A DNA stretch of 63,443 bases, filler included, from Choristocarpus tenellus KU-1152 (GCA_964200185.2; 10 parts of 10 records of this genome joined end to end with filler, not necessarily neighbours in it), one strand, 5' to 3'. Shown: positions 25,200 through 37,719, numbered from the whole stretch's first letter. Notes: generated by a model not told the origin, from the letters alone. Numbers and translations: made by a program.

Positions 25200-26540
25200 A
25201 GAATGAACCCTCCCTGGTCTTGCATACCTGTCATGATCACCTGCTTTGGGAGATTACTTAGGTACTTTCCCACACACTGGACAAGGTATGATGCTGATAC
25301 TGGAGATCTATGTTTCATAAAGGCATCAGAGATTGGTGTAAGAGGTGTCTCAACTGTGCCAACAATGAAATCTTCTCACAGACATCCTACCTTGTCTTTA
25401 GGACAATTTCCACAACTCAGTTTATTTGGATGGGTTACTCTCAATTTCGTGCAGTATAAGACCACTTTCTAGGGATGCTGGTATGTTCTTACGGCTATCT
25501 GCCAATTGAAACGCTTTGTTTTTCTCATTCCCACTCCACAAAAATAAGAAGTGACCATTGCCAAACTTGTTTGAAAGAATATTTTCAATATTAGGTGCAC
25601 CTGAAATTCTTCACTCTGACTTCAGTTCAGAATTTGAAAATATACTTGTTCTGGAATTACAATATTTAGGTGCCATAAACCTAGCGCTGCACCCAATCCA
25701 TCACAGGGTAACTTTGTTTTAAAGCGTGTCAATTCCACTCTGTATCAGGTGCTATTCATGTACAGTAGCATTGCAGAGAAAGATTGGGACACTGTTCTAT
25801 TCCTTCAACTTGTTCAAAATATGGTGTACAACACATAAAAAAAAATCTGCTTTATGAAGCTATCCAACATTTCTGGTGGAGACCATTTTTTTTTTTGGCC
25901 CATCCAATTCAACAGTATCCCAATCTACTCAAAAGTTTACTCAATCAGCAACAGAGAATTTACAGTTTGATTTTGAATTAGCCCGTCGCAATCTGGGAGA
26001 ATGGAACGCTAAAAGAATGGCTAGCAATCAAACTCTTGTTTTCTCCATGTTTCAAGTTGGAGCTCAAGTTTGGTGCATCGTCCAGATACTGACCTTGACG
26101 TACCTAACCCAAAAGTGATTCATCCCTAGCGTGGACCTTTCACAGTGACTGCCAAGATTTCCCCTGTAGTTTACTGTGTCCGCAAACAAGGTGACACCAA
26201 AGATATTTCTGTTACTTAGCCAACTTGAAACCTTACATTCCGAACATACAACCACCTGAACCTGATTTTATGAGACCCAATGAATTTTTTCTTGAGCCTA
26301 CTTTGCCCTTACGGGATCTTGATGATTTAAAATCCCCTGTAACCATTGGTCCTAATATTATTGAATCCATTGTCGGACACAAGTTTGGTCGTGGACCTCG
26401 TTTGCCTGTGAACATAGAATATTGATTACGCCTTCAAGGTTATGATAGTACTTCTGATGTATTCTATCGTCAACGTGATTTGCCACAATGTACAGAAATG
26501 ATTTCTGTATATCGGCAACAACGTCGTCTGGATCCACCCA
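25200..26540 (+). mobile_element. Degenerate Ty3/Gypsy chromovirus integrase plus chromodomain
   Basis: Frameshifted translation: HHCC finger 'CHDH...GTFPTLDKV...YW...IRDWCKRCLNCA'; core 'ERIFSILGAPEILHSDFSSEFEN' and 'QGNFVLKRVNSTL'; chromodomain-like 'IIESIVGHKFGRGPRLPVNIEY*LRLQGYDSTSD'. Confidence 0.8.
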
Positions 26541-26702
26541 ATTCCAACACAAAACCTTGGGTTGCTACCAACTCCGATCCATGAGAGGTTTCCATACTTG
26601 ATTGAACTTCATACTGGATGTGATACGTTTATTAATATTTTGGTGTTGGGATTTATTTCGTGCTTCATTTAATGATTTGTGGTTGTGTTGTTCAATATAT
26701 GC

Positions 26703-26737
<35 letters not shown>

Positions 26738-27613
26738 ATATTTACATGGATGTTTGTTCTGGGCAATATCAACTTATGACAAGTTGATTTTTTTATTTCT
26801 TTTTACATGTCCACCTATGTATGAACAGAGAAGACCTGAGTTCATTTTTCCAAATGACTCTTGCACACTTGTTTATTTTATTTTATTTTTTTCAGGAGAA
26901 CAACTGTTTTGTTCAACAGTTATTTTGGTGGTGTATGGCCAACTCCATCTCCATGTTTGTCCACCGTTTATAATTGACTTTCTTTTTCCAATTTTATTTA
27001 TTACTGATTGATTAGAACATCCATGTGATACGCTGTTGAATTATATATACGCAAGTATATAATGGTTGGTGGTGCAGGTATACAGCTGTAAATTGATCAC
27101 GATTTGTGAACTCCCTTTGGAAGTCTCTCCTATGTTCTTTTTCCCTCCTCATTGGAGATGATGGTCCATGTTTTTTTGTATCTGTATCTCTTTGATGGAG
27201 TTTAACAGAATTTCATGCTATGACTAAGTAGTCCTTGCCCATGCCCCTCTCCACGTTGAAGACTTGACCAGACGTGGTCATATCTGATACATCGAAATTG
27301 TGATCGTTCTATATGCCCAGATATGTTTTATTATCTCATTTTGATCAAGGTGAAACGGCACTGAGTTGGTTCCCGCCAAACATTGTTAGTTAGAAGTGGT
27401 AAGTTGTGAGGCCTCACCAAAAAGCATTTTTCTTCTGCATTTTTTGTAAATATGGAGATATATTTTTGTGTACACGACTGTCTTGGAAGACAGTATTTCC
27501 TTGTTGAGAGACTATTCCTTTTCCTTTCAATGCTCATGTCAGGTTTTCTTCAAACACACTTCCTCCATTCCCATTGACACCTGTGTTGTTTTGATACCTG
27601 CATCAAACCACAT

Positions 27614-27794
27614 AGGACGGGGGGGTGATGTGAGAGCCATCTTCCAAAGAAGGTATACCTTGAAGGTAACCTATCTTGAAGAATCTGATATTCGTATGAC
27701 ATTTGTTTTTCATGTTGAAGGTAACATCTGGTTGAAGAAAATAGCGGGTGGTTTGAGGGGACCTTACAAAACCCCCCTCATTCTTTCCCCTCTT
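27614..27794 (+). mobile_element. Polypurine tract and start of chromovirus 3' LTR
   Basis: AGGACGGGGGGGTGA is followed by TGTGAGAGCCAT at 27629. This start (AGCCAT...AAGGTATACCTTGAAGGT) resembles the minus-strand LTR start at 49276. Confidence 0.65.
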
Positions 27795-27894
27795 NNNNNN
27801 NNNNNNNNNNNNNNNNNNNNNNNNNNNNNNNNNNNNNNTTAATTAATTAANNNNNNNNNNNNNNNNNNNNNNNNNNNNNNNNNNNNNNNNNNNN

Positions 27895-27947
27895 TGCATT
27901 TTGACCCCCAAATGGACGTGGCTCTACCCTCTCAGATACTTTGGCTC
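27895..27947 (-). mobile_element. MITE family A, truncated left end at the start of contig D
   Basis: Reverse complement reads GAGCCAAAGTATCTGAGAGGGTAGAGCCACGTCCATTTGGGGGTCAAAATGCA. Confidence 0.85.
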
Positions 27948-28151
27948 TATAGTTTCAAAGGTGCAATGTTATTGATCTACTAAATAAGCCCGAGGGCAAC
28001 AACACCAGATGTATCTATTGATTTATTTTTTGCAATTAACATTTCATATTAAAAAAAATACTTTAGAAAAACTCCTGTATTAAGACCCAGCCAAACAAAC
28101 TCCTAAAAGTAACAAATTCCAGGTCCTGTCCCCATCAACAACATGACTCAC

Positions 28152-30325
28152 CCTGCCTTGGTGTCCTCTGGAGGAAGAAGCATAACTCTAATGAGACTGC
28201 ACAACAGAGTGGGCAGCAAATCTTCCACCTTGGTAAGGTGCACAGCCACACAATGACATGCTGAAAACAGTGCCCTCTGAGAAGCAACAAAATAACCATA
28301 CATACATACATACATACATACATACACATAGGGTTAGGGTTAGGATTGACTTCAAAGGTTAGGGCACACACACACAAACACACACACATACAAACAACAA
28401 AAGAGTTGTGAATATGCAAACAAGTCAAATATACCAAAATGTTAAGCATATCAAGAGTGATGTGGAGCCTTCAACAACTATTGTCCAAGAGACTGATATT
28501 TGTGTGTGCTTTCTAGGCGGGGGGACTCCTTTGGCCTCTCCTAGAAAATCAATGTCCCTGTCTACCTTGGTATGTATGTGTGTATGGCATCAATTGTGTT
28601 CAACAATACAAGAAGTGTAGCAGCGAACCAATCAAGCAGTTTCATGAAAAAAAAATAAAAAAATCAATGTTTCAATTTCACCTGCTGCGCGTGTATATCA
28701 CGTTCTTGTGCAAGTACGTGTTCTGATGACAGTTACACGTTGTATCGGTTTACAGTGACGGTTACTCATGTTTATACTATTAAATTAGCAAATGAAACAC
28801 TGTCAAGTTGTGGCAAGCGAACGCCAAAAAGACACTACAAACCCCCCCCTGAAAAAGAGTATTAGTGGTACTATTCCCTAGAAATGAATGACAGAGAGTT
28901 CCTATTAAAGCAAAACTTGATTAGCTATACTATTAGTATCATTAATATAGTTCTAACACATACTGCAATACTACTATCAAATAACATGCCTTCCTACTTC
29001 CTATTCCAATTTTCGTATAGGGTTAGGGCACCAGAATATCGGAAAATAAAGAGCGATCAGAAGTGCCAACTTGAGCAAACTACAATATATATATATATAT
29101 ATATATGGGTACATAAAGCAAGACAACGATAAGAGATATGTATGGTGACATTATGTTAAAAAATAAACAAAAAGTACAGTGCAGTAGGATCAGTTTTGGA
29201 GGACCTCTGGCAGACTAAGACAATCACATGCTGGAAGGAGGATTTCAATTGCAAAAAAGCGAATCCTTGCCAAGAAAAGGTACATCGTTGAACAAATAGG
29301 GTTTGGGTTAGGGCAAGAGCAGGTATAATTATTGTAGAAATAGTGAAAGTTGAAGTTGCACTGGGGTGAAAAAAATAAAATCTGTAAGAGTGATGTGTTG
29401 ATACTAATGCAAACATTGATTAAAAAAAATGGACGGGGTAGGGGAGGATTGCTAAATGGTGAATGCAAATGCAATGACTCTATGCAACAAATGAAGGGTA
29501 TGTGACACATATAGGGTACTCATTTTGTTCACACTAACGTGCCTAACCCTAACCCTAACCCTAACCCTAACCCCGACCTAAATTCGGTTTGAACATGACT
29601 CAACTCTAGAGCAAGGGTTACAAATATTTTTTTTTGAAAATGACAAAAGACAAAGGTAAATCACATACTACAAAAGAACAAAATAAATAAATGAAAGGCA
29701 TTTCTTGAGACCTTTTTTCCAACTGTGACCATCAAGCCTGGGGCAAAGAGGTCAGGTAAGAGGAAGCGAACATCAGGAAAATAGAAACACTTTGGTCAAC
29801 CCTAACCCTAAAGATAAAAATCTTACTTATAGTAGGTGAACGCACTTTCATCCTCCAGAATAGATCAAAGTCAGAGACATAAGTTATCATTAATGCCACA
29901 GTAGCAAATGTACTAACGGAGGATCTCTGTAACTGTTATGAATGCCTTCCAGGTCTTACAAATTCTACTCATATTGGTATCAACAACAGTGCTTGGTTTT
30001 CGTACCACCCCTCTATCTTTTATCTCCGTTACTACCGGAAGAGATCTTGCCACGCTAACTTCTTTATATATATATATATATATATATTTCCTAAAAAAGA
30101 TTTTGACATCGAAGGGGTTTGAACCCGCAAAATTCATGCGAGGAAGAGCAAAAAAAAATACAATATTATTGAAAAGTCAAGATATCTCACAGCTCGCCGT
30201 CGCGCGATTCTTGTGCGCAAAAACAACCACGACAAGTGGCCAGCCGCACAACCAGCTAAAATGATTTCACTTGAGGGTATACACCCTACAATCGTGCGTC
30301 TAAAAACTGCTTGAAAACAGCCCTC
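28152..30325 (-). CDS. Probable internal exons of an unidentified host gene
   Basis: Best exon 28276-28152: tctcag|RALFSACHCVAVHLTKVEDLLPTLLCSLIRVMLLPPEDTKAG|gtgagt. Weaker candidates at ~29927-29846 (RSSVSTFATVALMITYVSDFDLFWRMK|gtgcgt) and ~30330-30192. No recognised domain. Confidence 0.35.
29542..29573 (+). repeat. Interstitial telomere-type (CCCTAA)n tract
   Basis: About 5 units here. Shorter tracts near 28331, 29300, 29798, 31311, 31975, 32200, 32851, 33963, 34609, 34734 and 35298. Confidence 0.9.
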
Positions 30326-31738
30326 CATCCCTAACCTCGAAAAGGTTGTTCATGTTTGATACAAAAGCTATGCTCTGCGTATGTAACACCACCTATCCCA
30401 CCAATAAAATAAAATAAAATAAAATAAAATAATAATAATAATAGTAAAAAAAATAACAAAAAACTCACACTGCTACTGTGAATCAAATGCTCTCTCCTAT
30501 CTATCCAGCACCATAAACCAAAATACACTACAAAATCCTCCTCTCAACCTCTCAACCCTAAATCTAACTACCACAGAGCACCACAGAGCACCACAGAGCA
30601 CTTTGAGCCACCTTTTGAGCAAGTAACACCACCGCACAATACCCACCAATTTCCGTATCAACATGTCCGTGAGAAATCCCCCCCCCCCCCCCCCCCCCCC
30701 CCCCACCCCCACACGCCACCACCCCCCTCGCCTCCNNNNNNNNNNNNNNNNNNNNNNNNNNNNNNNNNNNNNNNNNNNNTTAATTAATTAANNNNNNNNN
30801 NNNNNNNNNNNNNNNNNNNNNNNNNNNNNNNNNNNACGTTGAAGGGCACTTGTAAAAAAAAAATGGTGAACATGGTGTCGAAAATAACCTGTGCGGGGGG
30901 GGATGCATGGGCCACTACCATGCACTCCATCATCTTCCACATTGCTTATCCCTCACGCTTCATGGAGATGAACAACTGCATTCAAGATGAAAACATCTCT
31001 TCTTGGCAATCATTCCCCCCATTCAAGATGAAAACATCGACTAGGCCTTGGCTGGACCTTACAACCCATTGTATCTCAATTCGATACCAATCTCAACAAC
31101 ACTTCAGCACCTTCCCATCCAGCAGCGGATTGAAGTAGTCCAGGTAAGTAAGTCTCCCCAACAAATGGCCATTTCTTATCTCAGCAAAAGCATCCAATGG
31201 TGTATGAAACCCATCGCAACAAAAGCAACAACTAACAATCACCACGCGGCGCTCTAGACCGGTGAAAAATCTCTCCTAGAGTGCTCTGGGGCCTCCCTCA
31301 CCAAGAACACTAACCCTAACCCTAACCCTAAACCTCACGACTCCATCAAGGAAGGCATTTACCAAGGGCACAACAACCAACTCCCCATCCCCATTTCCCA
31401 TGCTTCATGCTCACACTGTTCTAATGACATGGTGCCATGTGCCATACTGATGAAGCACATCAACGAACCATCGTCAGTAGATATGTACTATACCATACTC
31501 ATGGGACGATCTGACTACAACATGTCAACATTTCACCCCTCCAGTCAGTAGGCACCAGCTGTCTTAGTACCAAGCCAGGATACCCTGACTACTCCCTTTC
31601 TTTGTGGCTTTCAAGCAGTCTTAGTACCAACAGTCACCACTACATCGGCCCCAAAAACAAGCAGTGTAACCTGCTGGCTGACTTGTGCATCTACATCATG
31701 TTTGATGGAATATTCTCGATGAGTACTTAACATGTTTG

Positions 31739-31773
<35 letters not shown>

Positions 31774-31855
31774 CTACCAATCAATCTACCAATCAAACTC
31801 TGTTTAGAAGAGGGTTTATTGGGAATAGGTTGACAGTTCTCTGTGGGGCTCTCAG

Positions 31856-31967
31856 CTGCCCTGTTTGGGCAGACGAGTGCCTATGGACAATGGAGCACCC
31901 GGGCCAGTTCCATCTGTATCTATTCAAGGAGATTGAAGCCAACATCGCTACTGGACAAGAGTGGTGG
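31856..31967 (+). CDS. Isolated exon-like segment, unknown product
   Basis: ctctcag|C-CPVWADECLWTMEHPGQFHLYLFKEIEANIATGQEWW|gtatgt; open and splice-flanked. Confidence 0.3.
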
Positions 31968-33135
31968 GTATGTGGGTTAGGGTTAGGGTGTGATGGACGG
32001 AACGGTCATCCAGCAATAATAAACATCAATTACTTTTTATTTTTTATTATTAGCTGCGAGAAAGAGAGCAAACGTTGATTTTTTCCATCAAGGTCCAAAG
32101 AAGGGTTCCTTCCACATGCCTCCCGATAAGGATGAAAGCATAAGTCGATCCATCCTTGCAAGAATTGGTGACCAATGCGACCTATTTCACCAACAGAACT
32201 AACCCTAACCCTAATAAAAAATTACCCAACCTACTTGAAACACCGCCAAGCAGTGCAGTAACCATAGAGTGTTGGAACCTGGTCTCAGTAGGGACTGACG
32301 ACGGAGCTTGGGACGTACCGCTGAGGAGATAAAACTATAAAAATAATATAGCTAAAGATTAAATAAAGCTCCATGGTTGTATCCCACTAAAATATTCATA
32401 TTTATTGCACTTCTATTATCATTAAAGTTCCCATCCCTCGCCCCCTAATATATATATATATATATACAGTGATGACACATGTGTTTCTTAACTTCAAAAG
32501 AGTTTTTTTAAGAGTTTTAGACCCAAAACTTTTTCTTTAAAAAAAAATAACTATATTGAAAAGAAAGAGTCAATGAACTCATATCATAAGCTAGGATCAC
32601 GTGGTGCTGGTAAGTCAGTATTCTAGTCAAAACATAAAAAAAAATCGTTTTTTCGGGTGAGCAAAATACTCCAGAAAACATCGAATAACCTTTTTAGCTA
32701 TTTTATTTTTTTCGGATTCCGTTTAAAAAAAAAAAATCTAAAAGGGATTAAGTCGTCTGCTTTATTCACAAGCCTCATTGTCAGGTCCCAGTTTCAAAAT
32801 ACCTTCCTATCATTGAACCTATATACCGTCCCCGAAGTGCGTCACTTATCAACCCTAACCCTAATTAATAACTCTGCTTGCATCAACCCAATTGAATGAA
32901 ACTGAAGTGGATGCAAACAAGCAAGTGTTTTTTTTTTTAAGTATCAACTGGATGAAAAAAAAAGACACAATAATTAAATGATAAAATCATCAACCGCCCG
33001 AAATATTCCGTCGTTACGATTTCAACTACAACCAGAAAATAAAAACAAAAAAACGTCCCGATTGTGTCACGATTAATGCCTGAATAAAGATGGAAGAGAT
33101 ACGAAAAATAATAAAAACAGAGTAGTATCGGGACT

Positions 33136-33224
33136 GATACCGTATGGCCATTAGTAGATACCGTATGGCCATTAGTAGATACCGTATGGCCATTAGTAGA
33201 TACCGTATGGCCATTAGTAGATAC
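33136..33224 (+). repeat. 21-bp tandem repeat (GATACCGTATGGCCATTAGTA) x4
   Basis: Direct reading; perfect copies. Confidence 0.95.
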
Positions 33225-33516
33225 ACAACTTACTCCAAATGTAGCCGAAGCATGAATTGAGAGCATCGGGCACAGACTATAATTACTGGCATTGTATGCT
33301 GTATTCTGGGATATTGTATGCTGTACAGTACTTGTGTGTTGGATGGCTAGAAAAGTTGAGTTGCCCACCAATGAGAGGAGTGATGTGATCACTGCCTCAT
33401 CTGGAGTTGGATGACCACCATGCTTAAGGATGCAATCAGGGGAAACTGATACCATTGTCTAGGGCAACAGCCATCTTGGCAAATTGAACTCTTGATTGAG
33501 ACTCACAATGCCCAAA

Positions 33517-33797
33517 AGTAGATTACATGCACAAATTAGTGTATACAACATACATCGGAGTAAAATGGACACACTAATTAGTGTACACAACATACATCGG
33601 AGTAAATTGGACACACTAATTAGTGTATACAACATACATCGGAGTAAATTGGACACACTAATTAGTGTACACAACATACATCGGAGTAAATTGGACACAC
33701 TAATTAGTGTACACAACATACATCAGAGTAAATTGGACACACTAAATAGTGTACACAACATACATCGGAGCAAATTGGACACACTAATTAGTGTATA
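33517..33797 (+). repeat. 42-bp minisatellite x~6.5 with internal 14-bp palindrome ACACTAATTAGTGT
   Basis: Unit AGTAAATTGGACACACTAATTAGTGTAYACAACATACATCGG; no unique spacers. Confidence 0.95.
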
Positions 33798-34138
33798 AGG
33801 TGTACACAGAAAAGAAGATATCACTACACAATGGTCCACACTAAATGTGCTGCACTATTTGAATAGTAACACAGAACTCACACCAACTGCGACGAAAGGT
33901 ACAGCAAACTAGAGTTACACTACAACACAGGAACTAAACCCAACAATCTCAAGCAAGAGTGTACCCTAACCCTAACCCATCCACGGCAAGCCAGAGTGTA
34001 AATTTTTTTTATGTAACCATGGGTTCAGGTAAGGCAGGCTTTTTTTTTTTATCAAGTCAAAACATAATAAAAGAATAAATAAAATTCTTGACCAACGAGG
34101 TGATGATACCCTCTGGTTTAGAGTGTGACTGACGGGAA

Positions 34139-34312
34139 GACAAAGGTTGAGATTTGAGTACTAGCATCTGAGAGCAGGATGGTGATGATATTAAAGGACC
34201 AAGGTTGAGATTTGAGTACCAGCTTCTGAGAGTAGGATGGTGATGATATTAAAGGACCAAGGTTGAGATTTGAGTACCAGCTTCTGAGAGTAGGATGGTG
34301 ATGCTATTAAAG
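34139..34312 (+). repeat. 58-bp tandem repeat x3
   Basis: Unit GACCAAGGTTGAGATTTGAGTACCAGCTTCTGAGAGTAGGATGGTGATGATATTAAAG. Confidence 0.92.
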
Positions 34313-35025
34313 GAGCACTTTGAATTTCCTTGTGGAACGTGTACAGTTGTTTGGCAATATGCAGGGGGGCTTTCAACCAACAATGTGTTACATATCATTC
34401 CTAATCTGCACTTTCTACAGTGGTTGGTCACACCTAATCTTCTCAAAAGGGAAGGGGGAGGGGGGTAAACACATATTTCAGGAAATAAGGGCATAGGTTA
34501 TCTTACACTGCTCAAGGTTTTAAAAAAGGTTCTAGAATTTAACAAAAAGGGTCCAAATCAACCACCCATCTCAGGTGATTTAAACTCATGACCTTTCAAG
34601 GCGGAGACACCCTAACCCTAACTTCGCTGTGACCCGAGAGACTTACGAAAAAATCAAAAGAGATTTTTCAACACTTCCAAAATATGTACACACTACATAG
34701 TATATATACAACTTAACCTCCACCTCGGTAAAAGGGTTAGGGTTGGCTCTTCACCCTTGAATTAAAAAAGAATATTCCGACTCGAGTCTGTTTTCGGCTG
34801 AATTTCTCATAACAATGAATCAACAGTGAGAGTAGCCATTCTCATAGTAACAAAAAATGAAAAATATTTTTACATTCCGAAACGGCACGACCCACTGAAA
34901 AAAAAAAGATATATATATATATATATGTAAGAAAAAAAATCTCACTATGATCTCAGCCTATACTCACACGTGGCAGTATTCCTTTTCAAAGAGAAGCTCT
35001 ACCCCAATAACCACACGAATATATC

Positions 35026-35160
35026 GTACCCTCTATCAAGTACACTGTACCCTCTATCAAGCACACTGTACCCTCTATCAAGCACACTGTACCCTCTATC
35101 AAGCACACTGTACCCTCTATCAAGCACACTGTACCCTCTATCAAGTACATTGTACCCCCC
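35026..35160 (+). repeat. 21-bp tandem repeat (GTACCCTCTATCAAGCACACT) x6
   Basis: Direct reading. Confidence 0.95.
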
Positions 35161-35438
35161 TACCTGCACACACCTCGAGGGCATCAAACCACTAAATACT
35201 AAATACTTTCCTCAAAGTGAAACAGTCCACGCACAAACCCCCCCTTCAAAAGGCACAGCCAAGACGCTCGGGGCATTCTTTTTCACCGAAACACTCTACC
35301 CTAACCCTAACACATGGCAACACTTACAACACCAACACACTACCACCACCACCACCACCACCACCACCACCACCACCACCACCACTACTACTACTTCCAA
35401 CATTACCCCAAAATGCTAACAAGCTGTCTCATGCTCAC

Positions 35439-35524
35439 CTATTGAGCACCTCCCTGTACAGCCTAGAATACATTCCCTTCCCGGGTCCTCCAGCAGAGAA
35501 CGAATCCCCCCCGCCGAGCAACAT
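35439..35524 (-). CDS. PMPCA: Single exon of mitochondrial processing peptidase alpha subunit (glycine-rich loop)
   Basis: acacag|[28 protein letters not shown](R)|gtgagc, 86 nt. [20 protein letters not shown] is the diagnostic alpha-MPP motif. Confidence 0.93.
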
Positions 35525-35768
35525 CTGTGTAGGTAGACCCCAAGGTAGACCCCAGGCAATACAATCAACATAAAGAGCAATATGCATATGTGTGTTGTGT
35601 ATTGTGTTGTGTGTAGTGTGTAGTGTGTGTTTGTTATGTGTACAATGGGAAAGGGATGTCAGGTTACACACCTTTTTGGAAGAATTGAAAAAAATTCAAC
35701 CTATGAGCATCAAAATGTGTGAGTATCAACATAGGTAGTAAAACATTTACATATTTTCACGTGTTAAT

Positions 35769-36015
35769 CAGTATTAAATTACACCAGATAAGGCTTGTCA
35801 TGGGAGAGGGCAGTATTAAATTACACCAGATAAGGCTTGTCATGGGAGAGGGCAGTATTAAATTACACCAGATAAGGCTTGTCATGGGAGAGGGCAGTAA
35901 AAAAATGACACCAGTTAAGGCTTGTCATGGGAGAGGGCAGTATTAAATGACACCCCCCTGCAATAGTACGTACACACAACACACTACATCAGATAAGGCT
36001 TGTCATGGGAGAGGG
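35769..36015 (+). repeat. 42-bp minisatellite x~4.5 plus a detached partial unit
   Basis: Unit CAGTATTAAATTACACCAGATAAGGCTTGTCATGGGAGAGGG. Confidence 0.93.
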
Positions 36016-36583
36016 AGAGAGGGAGACAGCGGGAGGACACAGTTGATAAGGCCCTTTAATGATGTGGTTCCGATGAAGCAGGGCCCTTTAAAATTCACCA
36101 GGTTAGCGAGCACGAATGACTCGATTTGAATTTGAGTTTTAAGTCTTTTTGCAAGACAATACGAATCATACCAATCTCAAATCACATTCCAGAAATAAAA
36201 AGTCAAAACATATTATTATTATTAGATTTGAAATCGAAAACCATTATTATTATTATTTCATCAAGTACGGTGAAAAAGAACAAAAAAATCTTCCACCTGT
36301 TTCTCACGGCCTTGAACTGTTTCTTATTATTATTACCACACACATGCCGGTAGAGTACGGACTGTTGATAATAATAATAATAATAATAAGAAGAAGAAAC
36401 ATACGAATAGCACAATGATCCTCCAGTTACTATCCTCTCTACCTTCCAATGTTTACACAATGCTGTTGTACTAAAGCTATCCGACGACATGACCAAGTGA
36501 GTTCAAACAAAACTTACCAATTAACAGTCACCAACACACAATACAAAAAAAAGAGAAAAAGCTAACTCATTCCACCCACACAC

Positions 36584-36848
36584 TAGTGAAAGTATCTTAG
36601 GGTGAGGGTACGAGTCTTCCCCTGTTTGTCCATTTGAGGCTTGGCTTCCCATGGGTTCTTTTATGACATTTTCCTGCTCCAAAATATTTCGGAGTTGGTA
36701 AAATGTATACGTTATGAAAAGGTGTATCCAGAACATGGATATTGACACTTCCTAACAAACACAGTAGCCGACACTACATCAAACTCACAACATTAGATTT
36801 TGGACCCCAAATGGACCCATCTCCACCCTCTAAAAGATACTTTGGCTC
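36584..36848 (-). mobile_element. MITE family A, copy 2 (265 bp)
   Basis: TAGTGAAAGTATCTTAG...AGATACTTTGGCTC flanked by TSD ACAC (36580-36583, 36849-36852). Reverse-complement homolog of 13515-13773. Confidence 0.88.
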
Positions 36849-37083
36849 ACACTACTATCGGGTGGGTAACTGTCAATGTAACTGTCAAAACAATTAGAAA
36901 AAAAGGGGGGACCAGGGGGACCAGAGAAATGGGAGGGGGCGGGTGGGGAGGGAAACTGATGCAACAAATGAATGTTCTAATTCTTTTATTTATTTTAATA
37001 GGTTCAATTTCAGAAATAAGTCTTTTTTTATTTCAGAAGAGTTGGCAACTGTGCAAGCTATATCGCTCCCGGTCCCAGCGAGA

Positions 37084-37455
37084 GTTAAAATAAATAATAA
37101 CATTAATGTTAAAATAAATAATGACAATAAAAATGTTAAAATAAATAATAATAATAATGCTAAAATAAATAATGATAATAATGTTAAAATAAATAATAAT
37201 AATAATAATGTTAAAATAAATAATGATAATAATGTTAAAATAAATAATAATAATAATAATGTTAAAATAAATAATGATAATAATGTTAAAATAAATAATG
37301 ATAATGATAATGTTAAAATAAATAATGATAATGATAATGTTAAAATAAATAATGATAATGATAATGTTAAAATAAATAATGATAATGATAATGTTAAAAT
37401 AATGATAATAATAATGTTAAAATAAATAATGATAATAATAATAAAATAATAATGT
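37084..37455 (+). repeat. AT-rich 24-27-bp minisatellite (GTTAAAATAAATAAT[GAT/AAT]n)
   Basis: Direct reading; it produces the spurious 'NVKINNDN' ORF. Confidence 0.95.
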
Positions 37456-37719
37456 ATCGATAACGTGACCTTATCTCTTCCTTCCAGTCGCGCTCAATAA
37501 AAAAAACTTTGAAACTAAAAAAAAACAAAAACAAGAGTCAATTCAATTCAAACGCATCTCTTCTTACGACAAATCCCAAAAAATAGTCAATAAACAAAGT
37601 TCAAACAAAAACATATTCAAATTTCATTCCGCACGTCTCTGCTCAACTTTTTATTTTATTTTAATATCCGTTTTTGGTCCCCGTTCTCTACTCTCTCCAT
37701 TCCATGGGGGAAGACATCA

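Noticed and set aside
30095-30135. B-box-like GCGGGTTCAAACCCC (minus strand) as a tRNA gene
   Set aside because: No matching A-box or cloverleaf at the correct spacing.
33517-33797. Palindromic 42-bp repeats resembling a CRISPR array
   Set aside because: Units are contiguous with no unique spacers, no cas genes are present, and the context is eukaryotic; it is a minisatellite.
35769-36015. Second 42-bp array with one intervening unique stretch
   Set aside because: Only one irregular interruption and the other units are head-to-tail, so it is not CRISPR.
36943-37425. 160-aa Asn-rich ORF
   Set aside because: Translation of an AT-rich minisatellite; no coding evidence.
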